Of a DNA stretch of 60,256 nt, positions 8,418 to 16,144 are shown piece after piece. Origin of the DNA: Planctomyces sp. (GTDB lineage Bacteria > Planctomycetota > Planctomycetia > Planctomycetales > Planctomycetaceae); the NCBI GenBank assembly GCA_005791255.1, contig SXXK01000385.1, positions 1 through 60,256 of the forward strand, read 5' to 3'. Every line of letters starts with the position of its first letter. The first letter of the stretch is position 1. A model generated the notes under the pieces. That model was not told the DNA's origin and ran no database searches. It saw nothing but the letters and a program-made list of their open reading frames with translations. Made by a program: the position numbers and the translations under genes.

Positions 8418-9917
8418 ATGAACGAGTTCCCGCACGGTGCTCATCATGAGCCGCATATTCTGCGGTTCCCGCATTCCGCGCCGACTGCCCCTCCGGAACC
8501 CCGCACAACTGCCCCGGAACCGGAAGCAGTGAATCGCACAGTTCTGGTTTTTTCGCCCCGTCCGGGAGCCCGCCAGCTGCTTGCTGACGACGTTCGCAAA
8601 CGAGGCATGCAGGTGTGCGAGACAGACAGTCCCGACGCCATGCTGTTTCATCTGAGCCGGCAGGAATTCTGCTGCTGTATCATCGATGATGCGGATTCGG
8701 TGTCACGCATTCAGGAAGTGAATGCCGCCATCCGCGCTCACTCACGAGCATCGCAGGTGCTGTGCATTGTGAGCGAAGATTCCCGCTGGGGACGTGAAAC
8801 CGTTCCATCGTTCGACTGCGATGTCATCGAACGTCCATACTCAGCATCCCGTTTCGGTGCCGCTCTGCTCAACGCACTGCGTCGCGGAGAACTGGTTCGC
8901 GAGAATGAAAAGCTGCGACGCCAGCTGCTGAATCGAAACCTGATGGATCTGGTCGGCAGCACGCCCGCCATGCAGTCACTGCGAGAATCCATTCGGATTG
9001 CTGCGGATGACGATCGTACGGTGCTGGTGCGAGGCGAACCGGGCAGCGGAACCACACTGGTTGCTGAGGGCCTGCATCGCTGCAGCCGTCGAGCCGGTCG
9101 ACCTTTCCTGCGTATCGACTGCAGCCTGCACTCCGTGGAAACGCTCGAACATCAGCTGTTCGGAGACGAAACTGCTGATGGCTTCCCCGGTTACCTGAAG
9201 ATGGGTGACGGCGGATCCATTCTGCTGGATAATGTTGACACTGTCGCCCTGCCGTTCCAGAAACGTCTGGCACAGTTACTGGAGCAGCGGGCTGCTGCTG
9301 TTTTGAATGGAACCACGGATGGTCCCAACATCCGTTTCATCGCTGCTACTCATGGCGACCTGAACAGGCTGGCCATGGAAGGTCGCTTCCGTGATGACCT
9401 GCTGCAGCATCTCAGCGGTATCACGCTGCAGTCGCCTCCGTTGCGGGTTCGCACCAATGATATTCCGCTGCTGGTTGAGCACTTCATCAGTCAGATTTCT
9501 CTGAAGGAAGGCCGGCCGCCGCGTCAGATCAGTGCCGAAGCCCTGCAGTTGCTGGAATCGCATGCGTGGCCGGGCAACGTGAGAGAGCTGCAGAATGTTG
9601 TTGAACGCTGCTGCACTGTCGATGCGGATGAATGCATCAGCCCTGATGACCTGAGACCATGGTTGTCTCATGACGCGATTGAAGATGGTGCTGAGTGTGT
9701 GGGCATGACTCTGGCGGAAATGGAACGCAAGCTGATTGAATCAACGTTTGCCCGCTGCAACGGCAATCGTGAAAAGACGGCTCAGATTCTGCAGATTGGT
9801 CTGCGAACGCTGTCCGGCAAGCTGCGTGAGTACGGGTATCCTCCGCGAGGCGGCCCGGGATCGAATGTTCGTCGGCCGCAGATCGCTGCATTCAGCAGCG
9901 AACGAAAAGCCGCCTGA
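8418..9917 (+). CDS. NtrC-family (sigma54-activator-like) regulator with degenerate AAA+ motifs and C-terminal Fis-type HTH
   Basis: The AAA+ core aligns with NtrC (LVGSTPAMQSL..., WPGNVRELQNVVER). HTH: NGNREKTAQILQIGLRTLSGKLREYG. Walker A reads GEPGSGTT, the Walker B region reads ILLDNVD, and no GAFTGA is present. Confidence 0.85.
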   Translation: MNEFPHGAHHEPHILRFPHSAPTAPPEPRTTAPEPEAVNRTVLVFSPRPGARQLLADDVRKRGMQVCETDSPDAMLFHLSRQEFCCCIIDDADSVSRIQEVNAAIRAHSRASQVLCIVSEDSRWGRETVPSFDCDVIERPYSASRFGAALLNALRRGELVRENEKLRRQLLNRNLMDLVGSTPAMQSLRESIRIAADDDRTVLVRGEPGSGTTLVAEGLHRCSRRAGRPFLRIDCSLHSVETLEHQLFGDETADGFPGYLKMGDGGSILLDNVDTVALPFQKRLAQLLEQRAAAVLNGTTDGPNIRFIAATHGDLNRLAMEGRFRDDLLQHLSGITLQSPPLRVRTNDIPLLVEHFISQISLKEGRPPRQISAEALQLLESHAWPGNVRELQNVVERCCTVDADECISPDDLRPWLSHDAIEDGAECVGMTLAEMERKLIESTFARCNGNREKTAQILQIGLRTLSGKLREYGYPPRGGPGSNVRRPQIAAFSSERKAA

Positions 9918-9966
9918 TCAGAGACCCGCGCAGCAAAAACGAATACCACGAATCTCTCCCCTCCTG

Positions 9967-10006
9967 AAAAGGCTGGCTCTCCCCCCCGGAAGCCAGCCTT
10001 TTCTGC
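9967..10006. terminator. Bidirectional intrinsic terminator
   Basis: aaaaggctggct / agccagcctttt, a 12-bp stem with a C-rich loop, flanked by an A-run on one side and a T-run on the other. It sits between the convergent gene ends at 9917 and 10164. Confidence 0.6.
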
Positions 10007-10163
10007 TTGCTGCCGAAAGAAATTTACATGTTTGCATACATGACACAGGCTGTTCTGTTGCTGATGGCAGCGGTATATGCTGGTATTGCGACGCTTTGAG
10101 GTATCGACTGCGTCGGCGGGAATACTGGTGGCAGGCAGCGTCAGCCGCGAGTCGGCTCCAACG

Positions 10164-10436
10164 TTAAGGCCATTCAGATCCCTGCCGTCCGGCAGGGACC
10201 TCGATGTCATCTCTGAACATGTTTCGGTGGTCGCAGCTGAACAACCCCAATATGCAGTCCTGCGCAGAAACGTGCTGCGTGACTGGATCGTCAAAGTGCA
10301 GGCGGACGTGCTGATCGTTCGGGATACCGGTAAAGAGGCGGTTGATCGCCGCCGCCTGCAGGTAAAACAGATGCTGCACGCTCTGAAGTCCGGACTGTGA
10401 CGTGTGAGCGATTTCAGCCGGGGTCTGAATCCGCAT
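10164..10436 (-). CDS. Hypothetical small protein (about 90 aa)
   Basis: C-terminal part of track ORF 10164..10595 starting at the internal ATG 10436 (MRIQTPAEIAHT...). The longer form would overlap the start of the 10533 gene. Third codon positions are G/C-rich as in neighbouring genes, while the overlapping plus-strand ORF 10077..10400 has the shadow-frame pattern. Confidence 0.4.
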   Translation of the reverse strand: MRIQTPAEIAHTSQSGLQSVQHLFYLQAAAINRLFTGIPNDQHVRLHFDDPVTQHVSAQDCILGLFSCDHRNMFRDDIEVPAGRQGSEWP

Positions 10437-10532
10437 CTGAGAATTCAACTTTTGACAGACCCGACCTGCAGCGTTAGGCTGCGGGTTACGGGTGGGTAGC
10501 AGGCTTCGGGTGTTTGCGGTGGAGTCCCGGGA

Positions 10533-11771
10533 ATGAGCAGATCTGGCTGTCTGTGCCATCAGGAACATCGGCAGGCTGCGGTTTGCGCAGGCCACTGGCT
10601 GGCTGTCGGGGTGCTGGCGATTGTGTGCTGTCTCGACGGGAGCAGAGCGATGGGACAGGATCGAATCCAGCGTTTGCAGCTGACGTCAGCCGGGTTTCCG
10701 GAAGCCGTGATCGTTACAGGCGATACCTGCTGGACGGGGCAGGTACAGCCAGTGGGTGCTTTGGCAGGGACTGCAGCAGAGCAGGCAGTGGCCTGTGTGC
10801 GTGAGCTGCAGCGGATCCTGCAGGCACATGGTGGTTCACTGGCTGATGTTGCCAGGCTGCACCTGTACGGCGAATCTGACGAAATCCTTGCTGCGGCTCG
10901 GCAGGTACTGCAGTCACAGTGGTCCGCGGATGCTCGTCCGGCGCTCACGCAGGTTATCTCAGAAATTCCAGGCCCTGGACTGCTGACGATGGATGCGATT
11001 GCGACGGCGTCGGAGTCCGGGGCTTCGCCGGTGACTTCAGAGTGGTCGCGGCTGCCTGCAGGTCGACAGATTTATGTGGCTGGCCAGGCTGAGCAGTCTG
11101 ATTCTGTTTATGAGGCGTCCTTGGCCACGCTGCAAAGTCTGCAGAAAACGCTGGAATTTTCTGGTGGGAATTCGGCCGACATCGTGCAGCTGAAGGCTTT
11201 TGTCCAGCCGGCTGCAGCAGCCGGTGATGTGCAGCGTGCCGTGCAGAATTTTTTTGGCTCTGATCGTCCGCAGCCTCCGCTGGTGATTGTCGAGTGGAAA
11301 TCCGGTGCGAAGGTGCCGGTGGAGATTGAGCTGGTGGCAGCCGGCGGGCCGGTGCGTGCTGATCAGCCTTTGATCGCCTGGGTAACGCCGCCGGGCATGA
11401 CAAAATCGCCGGTTTACAGTCGTGTGTGTGTGGTGCAGACTCGCACGTTGATTCTGACCAGTGGAATCACGGCAGCGGAGGAGCGTCGTGAACAGTCAGC
11501 TGCAGCTGCGGCTGCCGAGTCTTCGTCGGTGCTGGAAAGTCTGCGGCGAGTTGTCACTTCCGCCGGCAGTGATTTTCAGCATCTGGTGAAAGCCACGTAT
11601 TATGTCTCTTCGGATGCAGCCAGCCTCAGCCTGAACACTGTGCGGCCGCGGTATTATGATCCTGAACGTCCGCCGGCAGCATCGAAGGCGGTTGTGTCGG
11701 GGACTGGTGCCCCGGCTGCCGAGCTGGCGATGGATCTGATTGCCGTGCCGGCAGAGGATCCTGGTCGCTGA
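10533..11771 (+). CDS. Secreted protein with three tandem RidA/YjgF/L-PSP-like domains
   Basis: N-terminal hydrophobic segment. Three segments of about 120 aa each show the YjgF-fold layout (VARLHLYGES..., IVQLKAFVQP..., LVKATYYVSS... ending in ...MDLIAV). Confidence 0.7.
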   Translation: MSRSGCLCHQEHRQAAVCAGHWLAVGVLAIVCCLDGSRAMGQDRIQRLQLTSAGFPEAVIVTGDTCWTGQVQPVGALAGTAAEQAVACVRELQRILQAHGGSLADVARLHLYGESDEILAAARQVLQSQWSADARPALTQVISEIPGPGLLTMDAIATASESGASPVTSEWSRLPAGRQIYVAGQAEQSDSVYEASLATLQSLQKTLEFSGGNSADIVQLKAFVQPAAAAGDVQRAVQNFFGSDRPQPPLVIVEWKSGAKVPVEIELVAAGGPVRADQPLIAWVTPPGMTKSPVYSRVCVVQTRTLILTSGITAAEERREQSAAAAAAESSSVLESLRRVVTSAGSDFQHLVKATYYVSSDAASLSLNTVRPRYYDPERPPAASKAVVSGTGAPAAELAMDLIAVPAEDPGR

Positions 11772-11812
11772 ATTGTTTCCGATTTTGTTCCGTTTTGTCT
11801 GCGGTGCCGAAA

Positions 11813-12388
11813 ATGCTGCATCTGAAATCCGTATCTCCTGAACGCTGGCTGGGTCAGGTTGCCGCTGCGCTGCCGGAGATTCTGCTGGATCATGCGCATT
11901 GCGAGCAGAAGGCGGCATCCACAGCCATGGATCTGATGTTTGACTACGTGCAGTCTGACGAGATTTGCGACTGCATGTCTGAGATTGTGCGTGAGGAGCT
12001 GGAGCATTTTGCTCTGGTGCGAGATTTGCTGAAACGTCGCGGAATTCGTTTTCAGGGATTGAAACCTGGAACCTACGGGCGTCGACTGAAGGAGCTTGTG
12101 CGTCGTCAGGAGCCACTGCGCGCCGTTGATCGCCTGCTGATTGCCGCATTGATTGAGGCTCGCAGTTGCGAACGTTTTGTGCTGCTGCGGGATCATCTGC
12201 AGGATCCGGAGCTGCAGGCATTTTATGGCAGTCTGTTTGAGTCAGAGGCGCGGCATCATGCCACTTATGTGCGGCTGGCGCGTTTGTTTGCGGATGCCGG
12301 TTCTGTGGATCGGCGACTGCACGAGCTGGCAGAGCAGGAAGCCGTGATCATCTCCGAGGGGTGTCCTCTGCCCAGGGTTCACAGTTGA
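11813..12388 (+). CDS. miaE: tRNA-(ms2io6A37)-hydroxylase, di-iron MiaE family
   Basis: LLDHAHCEQKAASTA, EELEHF, IEARSCERF and ESEARHH, a ferritin-like di-iron ligand pattern typical of short MiaE. An 8-bp-stem hairpin (12370-12396) spans the stop codon. Confidence 0.85.
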   Translation: MLHLKSVSPERWLGQVAAALPEILLDHAHCEQKAASTAMDLMFDYVQSDEICDCMSEIVREELEHFALVRDLLKRRGIRFQGLKPGTYGRRLKELVRRQEPLRAVDRLLIAALIEARSCERFVLLRDHLQDPELQAFYGSLFESEARHHATYVRLARLFADAGSVDRRLHELAEQEAVIISEGCPLPRVHS

Positions 12389-12418
12389 CCCTGGGCAGCT
12401 GGCTGAGGAAACAAATCA

Positions 12419-12955
12419 GTGACCAGTGCAGAATCTGATCCTGTCGAATCAGACGACCCTTTTACGGTTGTCTACGCTGAGCTGCGGCGGATTGCAGCCG
12501 GTTGTCTGGCGGATGAAAACAGAGCGCATACGCTGTCGCCGACCGCGCTGGTGCATGAGGCCTGGCTGCGACTGCAGCGATCCGGTCCCGAGCGATTTGC
12601 GGGCATCCGCAGCATGAAGGCGCTGGCGGCGATTGCCATGCGGCAGATACTGATTGAATATGGCCGTCGCAGGCGTCGTCGGCTGCGGCTGCTGCAGAAT
12701 GATTTCGGCGGTCGCGGAGCTTCTGACACGGTGACGGTCTCCGAGTCATTTGTGGATCTGCTGGACCTGGATGAGGCTCTGATCGCGCTGGCTCCTGAAT
12801 ACCCTGAGCATGCGCGGCTGGTGGAGCTGCGGTATTTTGGCGGACTCAGCCTGCGGGAGTGTGCCGAGGAACTGGGGGTTTGTGAACGCACGGTGGACCG
12901 ACACTGGCAGTTCGCGCGAGCGTGGCTGAACAGGCGACTGCAGGGCAACAACTGA
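12419..12955 (+). CDS. ECF sigma factor (planctomycete Sigma70_ECF-type)
   Basis: TLSPTALVHEAWLRL block and C-terminal HTH LSLRECAEELGVCERTVDRHWQFARAWL. GTG start. Confidence 0.8.
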   Translation: MTSAESDPVESDDPFTVVYAELRRIAAGCLADENRAHTLSPTALVHEAWLRLQRSGPERFAGIRSMKALAAIAMRQILIEYGRRRRRRLRLLQNDFGGRGASDTVTVSESFVDLLDLDEALIALAPEYPEHARLVELRYFGGLSLRECAEELGVCERTVDRHWQFARAWLNRRLQGNN

Positions 12956-12959
12956 ATGA

Positions 12960-13850
12960 TTACGGTTGCTCTGAGAGGTGCTGACTCACGGCCAGCAGTG
13001 GCAGCATTCTCACGGCAAAGACAGACCATGCCTGATACAGCAGCAGGCTGCAGAGCAGGGCGGTCAGTGCCGTGCGTATGACAATCTGTCTGCGGCTGCG
13101 GGATTCGGCATGCTCCGGCCGCAGCGGCGCCGCTGCAATCAGGGGTATGGCTGCAAAGCAGCTGCACTGCAGCGGAGTGAGTCGTCCGAAGAACAGGCCG
13201 ATCAGCAGCAGGCAGCACAGGCTGCCCCAGCAGTACGTCAGTGGCAGCGGTCGATCAGGTTGTGATTTACCGAATCCGTTTCGCAGTGCCAAGGGCAGCA
13301 TGCTGCCGGCCAGTGGCAGGGCCAGCAGGCCACCCTTCAGATAGCCTCCCAGCATGATTACAACGCCGCTGCAGAGCAGGCAGCAGACGAGGTTCAGGGG
13401 CAAGGCTGCGGTAATGGAAGGCCGGCTGGAGATTGTTATCAGCCGTCGCAGGAGCACCGCGCCTGTGAGCGGCAGTGGTGTCAGGCAGGCCAGCAGCAGC
13501 CAGCCGGTCGGCGTCAATCCCTGAATGGTTGCCTCGGCGGGCTGAGTCAGCCAGACGGATCGGTACAGGATGACGGGGACAGGAGTCAGCAGCAGGGTGC
13601 ACTGCAGCAACCGATGAATTCGCGGCGGGAGCATTGTTTCGGCAAAGTCGACCAGCAGCAGCACGGGCAGCAGATACAGAAATCGGTCTGCAGCGGAAAC
13701 GGGTGGCAGGCCGGGCAGGATCTGCAGGACGAGCAGTCCGCTGACACAGCCGGCCAGCATCAGCAGCGGATGAAGCCGTGGCGCTGCCCCCGGGGCAGCA
13801 ACCACGGCCGCAGTCAGAAACGCCAGCAGACAGAGCAGGGCGTCCGGCAT
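12960..13850 (-). CDS. Polytopic membrane protein, unknown function
   Basis: About 8-9 hydrophobic helices. The start lies 4 nt after the stop of the upstream YceI-like gene, so co-transcription is likely. Confidence 0.6.
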   Translation of the reverse strand: MPDALLCLLAFLTAAVVAAPGAAPRLHPLLMLAGCVSGLLVLQILPGLPPVSAADRFLYLLPVLLLVDFAETMLPPRIHRLLQCTLLLTPVPVILYRSVWLTQPAEATIQGLTPTGWLLLACLTPLPLTGAVLLRRLITISSRPSITAALPLNLVCCLLCSGVVIMLGGYLKGGLLALPLAGSMLPLALRNGFGKSQPDRPLPLTYCWGSLCCLLLIGLFFGRLTPLQCSCFAAIPLIAAAPLRPEHAESRSRRQIVIRTALTALLCSLLLYQAWSVFAVRMLPLLAVSQHLSEQP

Positions 13851-13854
13851 CGAA

Positions 13855-14430
13855 CTACTTGCTCATGCCTTCGCAGTCAATGATCACAACCGCCTCATCA
13901 CCAATCGGTCCGATGGCATTTTTGTCAAAGTTGTAATCGCTGCGCTTCAGTCGCAGTTCGGTTGAAAAGCCCACACGGCGCACGCCACGCGACTCGATCT
14001 GCCGCCCACCCATCAACTGAATGGTGATTGATCGTGTCGTCCCGTGCATGGTGAAGTCGCCGGTCACCTCATAGCCGCCTTCAATGGCCTTCACCTTCGT
14101 GCTGCGAAATTCGATCGTCGGGAACTGCTTCGTGTCGAAATAATCCGGCTGCCGCAGATGCTCGTCGCGAGCCGCATTTGCTGTGTCCACACTGTCGGCC
14201 TTGATGGTCAGCTGAAAGCTGGACTTTGCGGGATCCTGTCGATCGATTGAGAATTTGCCGTCCACCTCATTGAAACGGCCATGAATCCAGCTGATGTCGA
14301 GATGGCGGGCTTTGAAACTGACGGAAGAATGAACCGCATCATAGACGTACTCTTCAGCGGCACTGGCTGTGACCGGCAGCAGGGCCGCAGCGCAAAGGGC
14401 AAGACGGAGCAGTACACGAGAAACAGACAT
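13855..14430 (-). CDS. YceI-family periplasmic polyisoprenoid-binding-like protein
   Basis: Internal ATG at 14430 gives the signal peptide MSVSRVLLRLALCAAALLPVTASA. Then YVYDAVHSSVSFKARH, GRFNEVDGKF and FTMHGTTRSITIQ. Confidence 0.85.
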   Translation of the reverse strand: MSVSRVLLRLALCAAALLPVTASAAEEYVYDAVHSSVSFKARHLDISWIHGRFNEVDGKFSIDRQDPAKSSFQLTIKADSVDTANAARDEHLRQPDYFDTKQFPTIEFRSTKVKAIEGGYEVTGDFTMHGTTRSITIQLMGGRQIESRGVRRVGFSTELRLKRSDYNFDKNAIGPIGDEAVVIIDCEGMSK

Positions 14431-14530
14431 GGCGGGACCTTTCGCGGAAAACAGTCTGTAGGATACAGGACACTGCCCGGATGGTAGAGCCCGACAGGGG
14501 CAGGGTAAAGCCCGCGGCCACCGGCGTTGA

Positions 14531-16015
14531 TCAGGCCAGCAGGTCCTGCAGCACATGTCCGTGAACATCTGTCAGTCGGCGATCAATTCCGTCCTGCCGG
14601 ACAGTCAGTCGCGTATGATCAATGCCCAGCAGATGCAGAACAGTGGCGTGCACGTCGTAAACCTGAGTCGGGTGGCTGCGATCGAGAGGCTTGTAGCCCC
14701 ATTCGTCAGACGGTCCGTACGTCACTCCGCCACGAATGCCTCCGCCGCACAGCCAGTTTGTGAACACGTAGGGATTGTGATCGCGACCCCGGCTGCCCTG
14801 TGTGGAGGGCATCCGGCCGAATTCCGTGGTCCACAGAATGATGGTGTCTTCCAGCAGGCCGCGCTGCCTGAGGTCCTGAATGAGTGCGGCTGTACCGATC
14901 GCCATGCCCATGGCCAATGGTCCGTGATCTCGCTGAATGTCTTCGTGGCTGTCCCAGTTCCGTCGTGGAAAGCTGTTGTCATTGCCGCTCCAGATCTGGA
15001 TGAAGCGAACGCCGCGTTCAACCAGCCTGCGGGCAATCAGGCATTTGCGACCAAAGCAATCGGCTTCTTCGGGAACGTTGATCTCCGCCGGCCATGTGGT
15101 ACCTGTTTCCGACAGTCCGTACATTTTCAGGGTGGCTGCGGTTTCCTGCGACAGGTCGAAGGCTTCCGGAGCACTGAGCTGCATGCGGGCTGCCAGTTCG
15201 TAGGAACGCAGCCGCGATTCCAGTCGCGAATCGCCCGGGTGCCGTTTGTTGTACCGCTGATTCAGCGACTGCAGCAGTCGACGTCCGTCCGTTTCACCGG
15301 CTGCAGTGATGAAGTCCGCACTGGCCTGCAGGTCCTCAACAGGGGATTCCCGCTGCGGGAAAATGGTGGTACCCTGATTGCTGGCCGGCAGAAATGCAGA
15401 ACTCCAGTTACGCGGACCGTTGCTGGCGTATCCGCGATGGTCCGGCAGGACCACAAAAGCCGGCAGATTTTCGTTGAGGCTGCCGAGGGCATAGGTGACC
15501 CAGGCTCCCATTCCCGGAAAGCCCGGGCGGTCAAAGCCCGTGGCCTGCAGATAGGTGGCCTGACTGTGGACACCGGTGCGTCCCACCATATTGTGAATGA
15601 AGGCCATGTCATCCACACACTGGCCCAGCGGTTCGACGACTTCACTGAGCAGTTTTCCGCAGCGGCCGTGCGGCCGAAACTGAAACGGCGATTTCATCCA
15701 TGGGCCAAGTCCGTTCTGAAATGCTTCCACGTGTTCGCCAAACTGTGATGGCTGTCCGTGATGTTTTTCCAGTTGTGGTTTGTGGTCCCAAAGGTCCAGA
15801 TGGCTGGCTGCTCCGCCCATGAACAGTTGAATGACGCGTTTTGCGCGGGCGGGATGATGCAGTTGCGTCAGTGTGGCTCCGCTGCCCGGCTGTGTGTCTG
15901 CGGCGGCCTGTTCTTCGGCCAGCAGCACAGCGGCGGCCAGTGCGCCGAATCCCTGCGCTGACTGCAGGCAGCCGCGCCGGGAGACAGGATCAGCAGCAGG
16001 GTGAAATGTGGCCAT
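14531..16015 (-). CDS. DUF1501 domain-containing (sulfatase-fold) protein with Tat signal
   Basis: The ATG at 16015 gives MATFHPAADPVSRRGCLQSAQGFGALAA, a twin-arginine signal. The body contains FMGGAASHLDLWDHKP, TEFGRMP and GRDHNP blocks. The upstream 153 codons of the track ORF have no support. Confidence 0.9.
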   Translation of the reverse strand: MATFHPAADPVSRRGCLQSAQGFGALAAAVLLAEEQAAADTQPGSGATLTQLHHPARAKRVIQLFMGGAASHLDLWDHKPQLEKHHGQPSQFGEHVEAFQNGLGPWMKSPFQFRPHGRCGKLLSEVVEPLGQCVDDMAFIHNMVGRTGVHSQATYLQATGFDRPGFPGMGAWVTYALGSLNENLPAFVVLPDHRGYASNGPRNWSSAFLPASNQGTTIFPQRESPVEDLQASADFITAAGETDGRRLLQSLNQRYNKRHPGDSRLESRLRSYELAARMQLSAPEAFDLSQETAATLKMYGLSETGTTWPAEINVPEEADCFGRKCLIARRLVERGVRFIQIWSGNDNSFPRRNWDSHEDIQRDHGPLAMGMAIGTAALIQDLRQRGLLEDTIILWTTEFGRMPSTQGSRGRDHNPYVFTNWLCGGGIRGGVTYGPSDEWGYKPLDRSHPTQVYDVHATVLHLLGIDHTRLTVRQDGIDRRLTDVHGHVLQDLLA

Positions 16016-16144
16016 GAGAACTCTCCGTTGGAAGCTGGTGCGACAGTCATCCACCACACCCTTGCCTGTTATACTACCGGCTGCTGTCTGTACCTGACAG
16101 AGTTGTCCTGCAAAATCGAGAGCCTGCGAAAAGAAAGATCGGCA

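Noticed and set aside
10077-10400. 107-aa plus-strand ORF in the 9918-10532 gap
   Set aside because: Its first codon positions coincide with the G/C-rich third positions of the minus-strand frame, which is the shadow pattern. The minus-strand ORF 10164-10436 is the more likely gene, though still uncertain.
14555-15748. 397-aa plus-strand ORF
   Set aside because: It is antisense to the well-supported DUF1501 gene, has no recognisable motifs and shows shadow-frame codon bias.
16001-16144. 5' extensions of track ORFs, for example 16001..17716, 14531..16474, 13855..14568, 28544..29389, 36099..37277, 45699..47417, 47228..48529, 41558..42802, 31380..32519 and 57423..59888
   Set aside because: The extensions overlap neighbouring genes or intergenic repeats and have odd composition. 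Internal starts give clean signal peptides, lipoboxes, Tat motifs or canonical family N-termini, so I trimmed these genes to the internal starts.
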